A DNA stretch of 24,545 bases from a virus (lineage: Duplodnaviria; Caudoviricetes). Both the position numbers and the translations under genes were made by a program. The DNA is taken from the IMG/VR virus record IMGVR_UViG_3300031519_004833, positions 1-24,545 of that record; one strand, 5' to 3'. Positions within the stretch are counted from its first letter, which is position 1; each line of letters begins with the position of its first letter. This document shows positions 1 to 9,064 of this stretch, in pieces. The notes beneath the pieces are model-generated. The model made no database searches. It saw nothing but the letters and a program-made list of their open reading frames with translations, and was not told where the DNA came from.

Positions 1-605
1 TGTGCTGTGATTTCTTCCATGCCATATGTTAAACCTGCTGTTTCTGCTCTAGCACCTGTTTCTGCTACGAAAGTCGCCGCAAAAGTACCTGTTCTTGTAG
101 GTAACTGTATGCTTCTGTTAGATGTTGTTCTAACTCTCGCAATGCTTCTTATTGGTGACATTTCAACAACTTGCTTTTGGATTTCTGCCACAAACTCTGG
201 TGGTGCTAAATATCCTCCACCTGTATCGTTAGATACAGTAAGAACTTTATGCTCCATTGGGTCTAATGACTCTCTGCCCTTACGAAGATATTTGTCATAG
301 GCTTTCATAGAAATATCAACCTGTTGTGTTGTTAAACCAACATTAGGTCTTTTAATTTCTGTTTCAATCCTATCCAAACGCTCACCAAGAGTTTTTGAAT
401 CCATCATTTCTTTAGTGAACTTTTGATTCACATCTTCCATCGCGTCTAACTTTGATTCAATTTTAGAAACTTTATCTTCTGTTATTGGATCAGTTACACC
501 TTTGGATTCCACTTGCTTTAGACGCTCGTCGTTGGCTGACTTAAAATCTTCGAAAGTCTTGCCGAACTCCTCAATCACGCCCTTTAGTTCTGTAAAATCT
601 GCCAT
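1..605 (-). CDS. HK97-family major capsid protein, N-terminal part (runs off the window)
   Basis: Not in the ORF track; translated by hand from ATG at 605: MADFTELKGVIEEFGKTFEDFKSANDERLKQ...KVLTVSNDTGGGYLAPPEFVAEI...SPIRSIARV. Coiled-coil delta domain followed by GGYLxP; AAAGGA RBS; follows the prohead protease. Confidence 0.95.
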   Translation of the reverse strand, partial: MADFTELKGVIEEFGKTFEDFKSANDERLKQVESKGVTDPITEDKVSKIESKLDAMEDVNQKFTKEMMDSKTLGERLDRIETEIKRPNVGLTTQQVDISMKAYDKYLRKGRESLDPMEHKVLTVSNDTGGGYLAPPEFVAEIQKQVVEMSPIRSIARVRTTSNRSIQLPTRTGTFAATFVAETGARAETAGLTYGMEEITA

Positions 606-616
606 GAGATTTCCTT

Positions 617-1486
617 TCACTTATTGGGTTTAATATTAACCATTAATTGCTTCATGCGATTAATAGCATCTGAAATTTCGGTCTGACCATCATCTCGATG
701 TTTTGTCAGCGTATTAACGAGTGCTTTTGCACAAACCTTTGAGTCTGATCGGCTTAACTCTCCTTCCTCTCGAAGAAAAGTTTCCCAATCACGAATAGTC
801 CTATCACAGGCTTTCACCGATGTAACCCTAGCCTGTGGGTTCATAGGAAAAGTAACAAGACTAATTTCCATCAAGTCAACCTCTTTGAGCATACGTCTTT
901 TTCTACGCTCATCATAAGATTGCTTGTTTGGGTCTGCTTTGTAGCCTATTGATAAGCCATCTAAAGCACCCATTTTCATAAGTTCAAACGCTTCTCTGCC
1001 CTGTTGAGTACCAAGAGCAAGTCTGCCTTTGACTGCTAATCCATCACCATCTTCTTTAATTGATTCAAATACACCGATAGGTTGGTCTTGTTTATGTTGC
1101 CATAATAATTTAACTTCTTTTGGCTTTCTCTTTCTTAAACTTTTAGAAAAAGCACCAATCTCAACAACGTCATTGCCTAAATCTTTGTTACCAAATATAG
1201 AGCCATATCCCTCAAACATACCTTTTTCTTCATCATCTTCTGAATTAATTGCTTTAAATTCAAATGGTACTGTTTGTGTATCATAGTCATCATTAGATTT
1301 TGTATCTTCATTTTCAAGATTATCTTCCAACATATCCATGCTAGTTTCCTTTCCACTAAAGCTAGTCATACAAACGGCAGACCTCTGTCTTTTATCTGGA
1401 AATTCTAATTTCATTTTGTCATCACTTATGCAACGACTAATAAAATTTGTTTCCGTTTCCCCTGCATTTGGTTTCAATATTGGCAT
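617..1486 (-). CDS. HK97-family prohead (maturation) protease with small N-terminal extra domain
   Basis: FEGYGSIFGNKD, LLWQH, GLSIGY and EISLVTFPMN motifs. Start taken at MPILKP (1486) because the track start at 1510 overlaps a predicted promoter. Confidence 0.93.
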   Translation of the reverse strand: MPILKPNAGETETNFISRCISDDKMKLEFPDKRQRSAVCMTSFSGKETSMDMLEDNLENEDTKSNDDYDTQTVPFEFKAINSEDDEEKGMFEGYGSIFGNKDLGNDVVEIGAFSKSLRKRKPKEVKLLWQHKQDQPIGVFESIKEDGDGLAVKGRLALGTQQGREAFELMKMGALDGLSIGYKADPNKQSYDERRKRRMLKEVDLMEISLVTFPMNPQARVTSVKACDRTIRDWETFLREEGELSRSDSKVCAKALVNTLTKHRDDGQTEISDAINRMKQLMVNIKPNK

Positions 1487-1501
1487 ATCAATTACTTTTG
1501 T

Positions 1502-1530
1502 ATCATACATTCATTCAAAGAAAAACACAA
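1502..1530 (-). promoter_or_regulatory. Putative sigma70-type promoter for the protease-capsid genes
   Basis: Minus strand reads TTGTGT-N17-TATGAT just upstream of the ATG at 1486. Confidence 0.4.
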
Positions 1531-1563
1531 TATCTAAAAAAAAGTTAAAATAAGTTAAAATAA

Positions 1564-1635
1564 ACCACATTTAGGGGTTGACTTGTTGGCTTGGTGGTGC
1601 GATACTACATTTGTAAGTACAAAACAGCACAGGAG
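1564..1635 (+). promoter_or_regulatory. Repeated promoter/RBS element, copy 1
   Basis: ACCACATTTAGGGGTTGAC at 1564-1582; TTGACT-N17-GATACT; GCACAGGAG at 1627-1635. Confidence 0.85.
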
Positions 1636-1641
1636 TTTAAA

Positions 1642-1845
1642 ATGTACACAGTTTTTAAAATTAACCTTGATAATACTTTAAGTAACAAGGAACACCTTAA
1701 TGATGATGAGTTAGGTGCTTGGATGTATGATTATGCTTACAATAAGTTTGCTACTATAAAAGTAGTGCAAGACTTTACAAATAAGTTTTGTATTTACACA
1801 GATAATGGCAAAGACTTTGAATTAATTGATAGGGGGTACTTATAA
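1642..1845 (+). CDS. Hypothetical protein (67 aa), paralog of 19195..19404
   Basis: ATG 6 nt after GCACAGGAG; MYTVFKINLDNTLSNKEHLN. Confidence 0.85.
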   Translation: MYTVFKINLDNTLSNKEHLNDDELGAWMYDYAYNKFATIKVVQDFTNKFCIYTDNGKDFELIDRGYL

Positions 1846-1970
1846 TGGCTAAAGGTAACAAAGGTAGGGGAAAGATACATAGCACTAGCAGGGGTTGGGA
1901 AAAGGCTCTTAAAAAGCAAGCTAAAGCTAAAGATAGAAGAAACAATAAAAAAGCTACAGGGAGTTATTAA
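1845..1970 (+). CDS. Small, highly basic protein (41 aa)
   Basis: Not in the ORF track. TAATG coupling to the upstream gene and it fills the gap exactly: MAKGNKGRGKIHSTSRGWEKALKKQAKAKDRRNNKKATGSY. Confidence 0.75.
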   Translation: MAKGNKGRGKIHSTSRGWEKALKKQAKAKDRRNNKKATGSY

Positions 1971-1971
1971 A

Positions 1972-2160
1972 ATGGATTTATATGTAAATCAAGATGTTGT
2001 TATAAGAACTGAAGATTTAAAAAAAGCAATGATGACTTTAGTGCAGAAAGTTTTAGATGCAGAAATGCAGGGTAAAAAAGTTTCTGAAGAAGCAAAAGAA
2101 GCAACTAAAGTTTTACATACTGCTTCATTACAAGATGATTGGGTTATGTATAGACCTTAA
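1972..2160 (+). CDS. Hypothetical protein (62 aa)
   Basis: GGGAG RBS; tight operon packing. Confidence 0.75.
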   Translation: MDLYVNQDVVIRTEDLKKAMMTLVQKVLDAEMQGKKVSEEAKEATKVLHTASLQDDWVMYRP

Positions 2161-2181
2161 TAATTAGCACAGGAGAATAAA

Positions 2182-2511
2182 ATGGGAAGCAGGGTAATGA
2201 CAGAATATAGAACAGAGATGTATGCTTATAAAAATATAAAAACTAAACGACCATCACAAGGTTATAATACAGAAAAAGAAAGAGCATACTCTAAATGGAG
2301 TGGTGTTAGTGATTGGGAAGTTTATTACAAAGATATGCTTATTGGTGAAGTATATTATATTGGAACACATCTTATTGATTGGGGTTATTGCAACCTTGAT
2401 GGAGAGATTAAAGGTGGTTCTTATAGTAAAGGAAGTGCAGTTAGAGAACTTTATGAACAATGGAAAAAACGAGAAATAGATTTTTTAAAAAAAATATGGG
2501 GGGATAAATAA
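2182..2511 (+). CDS. Hypothetical protein (109 aa)
   Basis: GCACAGGAG at 2167-2175 precedes the ATG. Confidence 0.8.
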   Translation: MGSRVMTEYRTEMYAYKNIKTKRPSQGYNTEKERAYSKWSGVSDWEVYYKDMLIGEVYYIGTHLIDWGYCNLDGEIKGGSYSKGSAVRELYEQWKKREIDFLKKIWGDK

Positions 2512-2729
2512 TGTATTACATGGAAAAAGTTTTAAGATTTGTTATTTATAAAAGACGTAAGTTTTCAAGTGGTGAAGTATCTGGTTATAGCCTTTATGCA
2601 AGTTTTGATAATATAGATGATGCCAATGATGAATTAGATACTCTTAACTTTGATATGCCAGATTGGGAAGAATACAAGGTTGTTGATAATGGTAGGCAAA
2701 CAGAGGTTAAGCGATTTGCGATGTTGTAA
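2511..2729 (+). CDS. Hypothetical protein (72 aa, acidic middle)
   Basis: TAATG coupling; G-rich RBS. Confidence 0.75.
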   Translation: MYYMEKVLRFVIYKRRKFSSGEVSGYSLYASFDNIDDANDELDTLNFDMPDWEEYKVVDNGRQTEVKRFAML

Positions 2730-2907
2730 GTTTGTTATTAGGTGTTATTGCTATTTGCATTATTACTTCTTCTAATGCTCCAATGCTTTCATATTCTTCA
2801 ATACTAAACATTGGGTATAAATCTCTTATATATGTAACATCATTTTTAGTTAGTTTTGATGAATCTTTGTCCAAAACTTTCATAGCTTCTTTAAAATATC
2901 TTGTCAT
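2707..2907 (-). CDS. Small hypothetical protein downstream of the MuF-like gene (candidate immunity or partner protein)
   Basis: GAGGAG RBS upstream; start overlaps the 3' end of the MuF-like gene. Confidence 0.6.
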   Translation of the reverse strand: MTRYFKEAMKVLDKDSSKLTKNDVTYIRDLYPMFSIEEYESIGALEEVIMQIAITPNNKLTTSQIA

Positions 2908-4771
2908 TCATCATCTCCTCTAAAACTTCTATAAATTTTGGGTCAACTAAATCTTTTCTGTCCATAAAATATAAACTAAAATTTTCAACAAACCATTCTT
3001 TAGTATCTGTTGCCCCATAAGTAGTTGGCGAATTTTTCTTATATGAGTAAGTAATGTCCCTTTTTCTTAATCTTTCTTCTAATGGATATTTTATTTGTTT
3101 ATAATTGGGCTTTCTTATTGTGTTATCTTTTACTTTATATTTATAAGTTTGATGAACATGATGACCAAATTCATGATATAGTGTTGACCTAAATTGATCT
3201 AATGGGCTTTCCCAAAATTCATCTGTATTATGTGGTCTATTTTTTAATTTATCACTTCTTTTCCATTTTGATATTGATTTTGCTCTTATGCCATAACTCT
3301 CATTCAAATCTGATATTTTATCTTGCCATCTAATTCTTCCATTATATAAAGGTACAATTGCATTGTAATCATTTATAATTTCATTAGTATCAATTTTCTT
3401 TGTTTTTTTAAGAAATTCTTTAATTGTCATTACATTATATTTTTTAAACATTCCATCTATAGGTCTAGTTGATAAATTAATTTTTTCCTTTAAATCATCT
3501 ATTTCTTTTTTAACTGTTATAGGCATTAGTTTTGGTTTGTCTGTTCCAATGTTTAGTGATTTACTATTTATATACTTGCTATTTATACTAAGAATTCCAT
3601 CGCCCATTTCAGCCAATGTACTGCTATTAGGTGATATTTTGTTTATACCTCTTATATTTGCAACATTAAATTTTTTGGATAAATTATCTAATTCTGGTAA
3701 TAAGGCAACTAACATAGATAAAGATTTTTTATCCATTTGTTTTGTTTTATCATTAAAAATTCCAAAACCAGTATCCTTTTTTCCCATTGTACTGTTAAAA
3801 ATTCCATAATCTTTGTTTATATATCTGTTATCATTACTCGCATCTTTTACATATTTACTTAAAATAGATGTGGCTTTTTCTAAAGGTAAAATTTTAAGTG
3901 TGGCACTAGTAAGTGATTTATCTATTACAGAATCCAACATAGAGGTAGTAGAAATGTTAACTTGTGGCTTTGGTGTGACTTGTATTGGTGTGTCTTGGTC
4001 TACTATGATATCCTCTGGCTCAATGTAAACTATAACACATCTACAATTTACAACCTCTTTGACACCCCCCTTTGGATCACCTGCAAATTTCATTCTTTTG
4101 CCACCAACTATAAAATCTTCATCGATACCAACCTCTTGTCCGTTTGCTGATATATGTGATGCCCTGCTTCTATCGTCAGTTGTACTTACCCATCTTTTCT
4201 TCATATCAGGCACTTCAAGGTTCTCTGCTTGTTTTTGTATTGCAAAACTTGATGCTGTATGGGTTTCAGTCCTTGCTATGGTTGATGCTCTAGCTTTTGT
4301 AAACTTAGGTGACATTCTTTCATTAATAGCTTTGGATATAACAGGAACACCTTCTGATTGGTTCTCTAATATAGTTCTGCTTATTATTTTTCTGGTGGTG
4401 TCACTAATTTCTGTAATTCTAATGCCACCGATGTCTTGCATAAACTGTTTATAGATTCCGTCGTAGTCTTGTATCGCTTTTTGTGAGTATCTATTATTAA
4501 AAGTTCGTTTCGCAAACGCCAAGATGATTTGTCTATAAAATGGTTCAAGAGTGGTTGCCACATCAATCCGTATAAATGAAGCGATTGCTTCAAAGCCTTG
4601 TGTACCATTAGAAATAAAAGCATCACTAGCTTTAGAGCCAATTTTTGAAAAGGTGCTAATTAACCTAAAATTAATTTGCCTTTCGTAACTTCTGCGAAGT
4701 CGGTTTATCTCCTGATATTCCTTCCTCACAGATAGCTTCATTCCTCTTTGTTTGTAAGCTAATTGAGTCAT
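2891..4771 (-). CDS. Head morphogenesis protein (MuF/SPP1 gp7-like) with C-terminal extension bearing a zinc-metallopeptidase-like motif
   Basis: RASTIARTET, KKRWVSTTDDRSRASH and VNCRC MuF motifs; C-terminal TLYHEFGHHVH followed by EWFVENF. Confidence 0.9.
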   Translation of the reverse strand: MTQLAYKQRGMKLSVRKEYQEINRLRRSYERQINFRLISTFSKIGSKASDAFISNGTQGFEAIASFIRIDVATTLEPFYRQIILAFAKRTFNNRYSQKAIQDYDGIYKQFMQDIGGIRITEISDTTRKIISRTILENQSEGVPVISKAINERMSPKFTKARASTIARTETHTASSFAIQKQAENLEVPDMKKRWVSTTDDRSRASHISANGQEVGIDEDFIVGGKRMKFAGDPKGGVKEVVNCRCVIVYIEPEDIIVDQDTPIQVTPKPQVNISTTSMLDSVIDKSLTSATLKILPLEKATSILSKYVKDASNDNRYINKDYGIFNSTMGKKDTGFGIFNDKTKQMDKKSLSMLVALLPELDNLSKKFNVANIRGINKISPNSSTLAEMGDGILSINSKYINSKSLNIGTDKPKLMPITVKKEIDDLKEKINLSTRPIDGMFKKYNVMTIKEFLKKTKKIDTNEIINDYNAIVPLYNGRIRWQDKISDLNESYGIRAKSISKWKRSDKLKNRPHNTDEFWESPLDQFRSTLYHEFGHHVHQTYKYKVKDNTIRKPNYKQIKYPLEERLRKRDITYSYKKNSPTTYGATDTKEWFVENFSLYFMDRKDLVDPKFIEVLEEMMNDKIF

Positions 4772-6572
4772 TTTTCTCTTTATCTTTCATAATCTCATTC
4801 CTTTTTCTTTTTGACCAAGCAAACCCTGCATCGCCACCCCATAAACCCCAAGCAATGCGACCTGCTGATGGAAATCCTTTTTCACCACTCCTAAATCCTT
4901 GTGCTTGCTTATCCACTTCATGCCTACTAAAAAAACTATACATTCTCAAGACTGTTCTAGCTGAAAGATTTTCTTTGTTTACTAATTGTGTTGCCCTTGT
5001 AGAACCAACAGCAGTTCCACCTCTATTAAATTCTTTTCTCCAATTAAGAGCCTGTCTTGCATTATCTGCCATTTCATTTGTTGGTTTAAAGCTGTCAGCC
5101 TTTATTTGCTTTGAACCTGTTATCTTATTATATTCTTCATGTGTTTCACATGGCATATATATAGTTTTACCATCTTCTGTCATTGAATGATAACCTATAC
5201 AACCTATTTCTTCAGAGCGTTCTTCTGCTTCTTCTTCCGTTGTAAATACATCTTCTTCAATTTCTTCTTTAGTACCATATGCTTCATTGGCAAACTTATC
5301 AACATCATCTGCTGATTGTGATGGTGGTGTTTCTGAACCTAAAGGAAATAGATTAGCAGGTATATAAACTTCATCTCCACCCCTGATTGGCTCTAACCCT
5401 AATCTTTCTCTTGCTTCATTTCTAGTTATGATACCTTTATCAACTGCTGTTATAACATTATCATAGATCATTCTTCTACGTTCTGTTATTGCAGGTATAT
5501 CATCTACAAGATATTTTAACTTTAGGTCATCTCCGTAAATAGGAACTAACCACTCATTTAAATCACTTTCAATATGCTTTAACATTGGAATTATTGTTTC
5601 TTCATATAAAGCTAATCTTGCTTCCTGCATATTTGAGTAAGTATTTGAATCAGGTATGCCAACTAACTGACTTGGAACTCCAAAACATAAAGCAATATCT
5701 CTAGCCGCAAAATTTTTCATTCCTGTAAAGTCCATATCCTTTGGACTCATACCCATTTCTTTATAATCAAAATCTCCTTCAAGAATCATTGTTCTACCTG
5801 CATTGTTAGAACCTTCAAACCTTTGGAGCAAATCTCCTCTTAACTGTTCTCTTTGTGTATCTGTAAGCATAGTGTTTGATCCAGATTCATCTTTAGGTCT
5901 ATAAACAACAGCACCACTTGGTCTTGCTCCGTTCATAAGTAGCATGACATTATGTTTGTTACTTAGGTTATGTTGATCGATATCTACAGATGCCGCTTTT
6001 AATGGGGATAAACCATAATAATCATCTAATGGATTAAATAACATAATTTGCTTTATATCAGAAGAACCTGTGCTTTGATCAACGTCATAATTAGCAGATA
6101 CTTGTCCATTAACTATATATTGAAAACTCATTGGTATTTCACGCTTACTTGGTATAATTTTTATTCTATCAGGTCTTAGTGTGTATAATTCAGATGGCTC
6201 TCTATCTTCTGCACCTGTTTTTAAAATATAACTATTACCTGCCAATAATAAATATGAATAAACTTCTTGAAAAAATTCTGATTGGCTATTCATTGGATTA
6301 GGTCGCATTAACAAATCTAATAGTGGGTGATCCTCTATTGGCTGATCTCCACGAAACAAACCAAACTTGACTGATGCCGCTCCATTAGCTATCTCATTAA
6401 CACATCTATAAACTATAGCGTTTTCTTGATAACCTTCTTTTGCTAAATCTGCATAACTTTCTTTTGGCTGTACTTGTGTGCCTACATTTGAATAAGCTAT
6501 AACAGGACCTTCTTTCCTGCTAATAACTATACTATCGTTTATTAATGCTTTCCACGCTTCTTTTAATCCCAT
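4671..6572 (-). CDS. HK97-family portal protein with C-terminal extra domains
   Basis: VYRCVNEIA, LLLAGNSY, YYGLSPL, NGARPSG, IALCFGVP, NTYSN and ITRNEARERLGL motifs; start 6572 by TAATG coupling to terL. Confidence 0.95.
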   Translation of the reverse strand: MGLKEAWKALINDSIVISRKEGPVIAYSNVGTQVQPKESYADLAKEGYQENAIVYRCVNEIANGAASVKFGLFRGDQPIEDHPLLDLLMRPNPMNSQSEFFQEVYSYLLLAGNSYILKTGAEDREPSELYTLRPDRIKIIPSKREIPMSFQYIVNGQVSANYDVDQSTGSSDIKQIMLFNPLDDYYGLSPLKAASVDIDQHNLSNKHNVMLLMNGARPSGAVVYRPKDESGSNTMLTDTQREQLRGDLLQRFEGSNNAGRTMILEGDFDYKEMGMSPKDMDFTGMKNFAARDIALCFGVPSQLVGIPDSNTYSNMQEARLALYEETIIPMLKHIESDLNEWLVPIYGDDLKLKYLVDDIPAITERRRMIYDNVITAVDKGIITRNEARERLGLEPIRGGDEVYIPANLFPLGSETPPSQSADDVDKFANEAYGTKEEIEEDVFTTEEEAEERSEEIGCIGYHSMTEDGKTIYMPCETHEEYNKITGSKQIKADSFKPTNEMADNARQALNWRKEFNRGGTAVGSTRATQLVNKENLSARTVLRMYSFFSRHEVDKQAQGFRSGEKGFPSAGRIAWGLWGGDAGFAWSKRKRNEIMKDKEKNDSISLQTKRNEAICEEGISGDKPTSQKLRKAN

Positions 6573-7864
6573 TAACTTACTCTCCATATGGCTTGACCAG
6601 ACGATTTGCTGAGTTCAGTTAACCCCCACACTAGGGCATCGAGCCTGTCAGGTGAACTTCTACTGTCTAAAGTATAAGAACACATTTGATCTTCCAATTT
6701 AGAAAAAGAGCCAACATGACTTACCCTTTCCTGCTCATATAGTGCTGATATAGGTTCTGCTCTTATCATTTTACCCCTAGAAGCGTGTACTTTTTTATAT
6801 GGCACATCTTTATCTACAGTTCTAATAAGTCTTTCCACTAAATCGCCACCATTATTTACTTCTGCAATTATTCTATCGCAATTATGCTTGTAGTAAGCGT
6901 TGATTGCAACATTAGCCCAAGTATCTGCACTCATTCTATCAGATAAATCTTCAATAACATAGAACCTTTTATCAAAACCTTTTCCGACTACTACAATACC
7001 TGTTTCATCAGAGCCTTCATTGTTGGTAACAGCAGGGTCAATGGCAACTATAACTCTCTGCATTTCTGGTAATTGATTAACTCTAGTTTTCTCAATCATT
7101 GATGGACTCCATAAAGCACCCTCAATATCATCTAATACTTCAGCATAGAGTTCTTGTCTACCCAATCTTGTATTATCATATTTTTCTTTTAACATTCTTA
7201 ATGCAGATGGTGCAAGATTGGCTGAATTGTCAAAAGTATTGCCTCTTGTAACTACAATATTAGTTCTTTTTATAAGATTTTTAATTAATGGGATAGGCTT
7301 TGGTGTTGTTGTGACTATACATTGTGGCTTAGTACCTAAACGTAAACCAAACATTAATTGGTCAAAAGTATCTGGATATTGCCAAGATGCTAACTCATCA
7401 CACCATGCTCTATGAAATTGTGGACCTCTTAATCTATCTGGCTCTGTTGCAGAGAAGCCTAATATCTTAGAGCCATTATATAACCTAATCTCTGCTGAAC
7501 TGCTGTTATAGCCTTGCCCTCGCCCTTTCATAAGGCACTCTTTAGGGATAATACTCATAAGACCACTAACACCACCAAATGCAACTCGTCTTATATCTCC
7601 AAATGTAGGAGTTACTACTGCACAAATTGTTTCAGGGTTAGCAAGAGCATAATAGGCTATATCAGTTGCACCTGTTCTTGTCTTACCCCAACCTCTACCT
7701 GCTAGGATTAGCCACATATCCCAATCACCTGATGGTGTTACTTGTGCATCTCTAGCTGTTTTATGCCAATTATTGTATAGTGTGATCAGCCCTTTCTGAC
7801 CTTGTTCTGTTAACTTGTTGTATCTGTTCGAGAAGTCCTCTGAAGTCATCTGAAGTTGAGACAT
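6572..7864 (-). CDS. terL: Terminase large subunit
   Basis: Walker A AGRGWGKT, Walker B AWCDE, TTTPKP, nuclease motifs VAIDP and DRLDA. Start could be 7849. Confidence 0.96.
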   Translation of the reverse strand: MSQLQMTSEDFSNRYNKLTEQGQKGLITLYNNWHKTARDAQVTPSGDWDMWLILAGRGWGKTRTGATDIAYYALANPETICAVVTPTFGDIRRVAFGGVSGLMSIIPKECLMKGRGQGYNSSSAEIRLYNGSKILGFSATEPDRLRGPQFHRAWCDELASWQYPDTFDQLMFGLRLGTKPQCIVTTTPKPIPLIKNLIKRTNIVVTRGNTFDNSANLAPSALRMLKEKYDNTRLGRQELYAEVLDDIEGALWSPSMIEKTRVNQLPEMQRVIVAIDPAVTNNEGSDETGIVVVGKGFDKRFYVIEDLSDRMSADTWANVAINAYYKHNCDRIIAEVNNGGDLVERLIRTVDKDVPYKKVHASRGKMIRAEPISALYEQERVSHVGSFSKLEDQMCSYTLDSRSSPDRLDALVWGLTELSKSSGQAIWRVS

Positions 7865-8330
7865 TTGCTGTTACCTTATTTATTTCCTGTGCTTCGCCTA
7901 GTGCTAACTTACCTATTTTCTGTGCATTAATGGCTGTGTTAGACATTTCCCTTAGTTCTGAATTAGGCAAACCAACATAATTAGGATTAGTTCTATGTTC
8001 GTCCATCGCTTTTTGTAGCTTCATTCCCACACTATTTAAAAGACCTTGAGCAATATTTAATGCACTTTCATCTAGTCTTGATGATGCCCTAACAAACTCA
8101 TTTACTTTTTTCTCTGTGGTTTTAGTTTCTATCTTAGTGTGAAACCTATTCTTTTGTGCTTGCCAATCATCTTTTGTTGAATGCCTATATAAAGTTGCTC
8201 TAGCTACATTAAATTTTTCTGCAAGCTGTTCTACAAATGGGAATACTCTTTTGTTATTCTCATCTACATAACCCTCTATAAACTGTTGTTTTATCTCTTT
8301 TTTAAGACTTTCTGTAAGTTTTACAGTCAT
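7770..8330 (-). CDS. Probable terminase small subunit
   Basis: N-terminal HTH (LAEKFNVARATLYR...W), helical body, immediately upstream of and overlapping terL. Confidence 0.75.
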   Translation of the reverse strand: MTVKLTESLKKEIKQQFIEGYVDENNKRVFPFVEQLAEKFNVARATLYRHSTKDDWQAQKNRFHTKIETKTTEKKVNEFVRASSRLDESALNIAQGLLNSVGMKLQKAMDEHRTNPNYVGLPNSELREMSNTAINAQKIGKLALGEAQEINKVTANVSTSDDFRGLLEQIQQVNRTRSERADHTIQ

Positions 8331-8353
8331 TTTATAAACCTTTGGTACAATTA

Positions 8354-9064
8354 TCAGTTGTTCTCATTAGTTCCCACTATAGTCTCATTTTCTTTTTTTT
8401 GAAGTAAAATTTGAGATTTAGTTGTCCATGCCTTAGAATATTCTGCATCTTCAAATAATTTAGAGAAACCTGTTATATGTTTTAGCCTTAATAATTCATC
8501 TGCTTCCATTCCTAAATGATTACATATATCTTCATCTTTCCAACCATTATCTAACATTGCAAAGACCATATGTGACATACCATTAACACTATGCTTCCCC
8601 CTTGCTCTATTGTGTCTTACTGTACTAGCCATTCTATCGTTAATATCTTTATCAATAACAACTATAGGTAACTTGCCATGATTCCGTTCTAATATATCCT
8701 TATTGGATTTGCAGACAAAGTATCTGTGGAAACCATCTACAATAATGTACTTATCTATTTCTTTATCATATATAGTTACTACAGGCTGTGTATAACCATC
8801 ATGCTTAATTGATGTATAAAGCAACCCCATTTCTACTTTAGCAACTGAATTAGGGTTATAGTCGTTTGCTTGTACTTTTTCTATATCAACCCATCTAATG
8901 TGATTAACAGGCTGTGTTTTTAGATTTGTAATATTGTTTAGCTTTTCTTTTAATTTTTCTACATACAAAATTTTATGTTCTTCTGTTAAATCACTTATGT
9001 CTTTCTCAATATAAGTTTCTATTGTTTCAACTGCTTCAGTCATGCTCCAACTATCTATGTCCAT
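8354..9064 (-). CDS. ParB/sulfiredoxin-like N-terminal domain protein, IbrB/YbdM-like
   Basis: ANDYNPN, DGYTQPVV, IVDGFHRY and STVRHNRARGKH motifs; paired with the IbrA-like gene. Confidence 0.9.
   Translation of the reverse strand: MDIDSWSMTEAVETIETYIEKDISDLTEEHKILYVEKLKEKLNNITNLKTQPVNHIRWVDIEKVQANDYNPNSVAKVEMGLLYTSIKHDGYTQPVVTIYDKEIDKYIIVDGFHRYFVCKSNKDILERNHGKLPIVVIDKDINDRMASTVRHNRARGKHSVNGMSHMVFAMLDNGWKDEDICNHLGMEADELLRLKHITGFSKLFEDAEYSKAWTTKSQILLQKKENETIVGTNENN

Noticed and set aside
7-300. Plus-strand 97-aa ORF and similar shadow ORFs (1029, 1338, 2732, 3537, 3813, 3962, 4059, 4855, 7218, 7514, 9414, 10962, 11478, 13513, 13559, 14288, 15073, 15538)
   Set aside because: They lie antisense to well-supported minus-strand genes and show no recognisable motifs.
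1627-1635. GCACAGGAG as a CsrA/RsmA site
   Set aside because: It reads CAGGA rather than ANGGA and is not presented in a hairpin loop.
7770-7864. terS/terL overlap as a programmed frameshift
   Set aside because: Overlap of terminase genes is common and no slippery sequence is evident.
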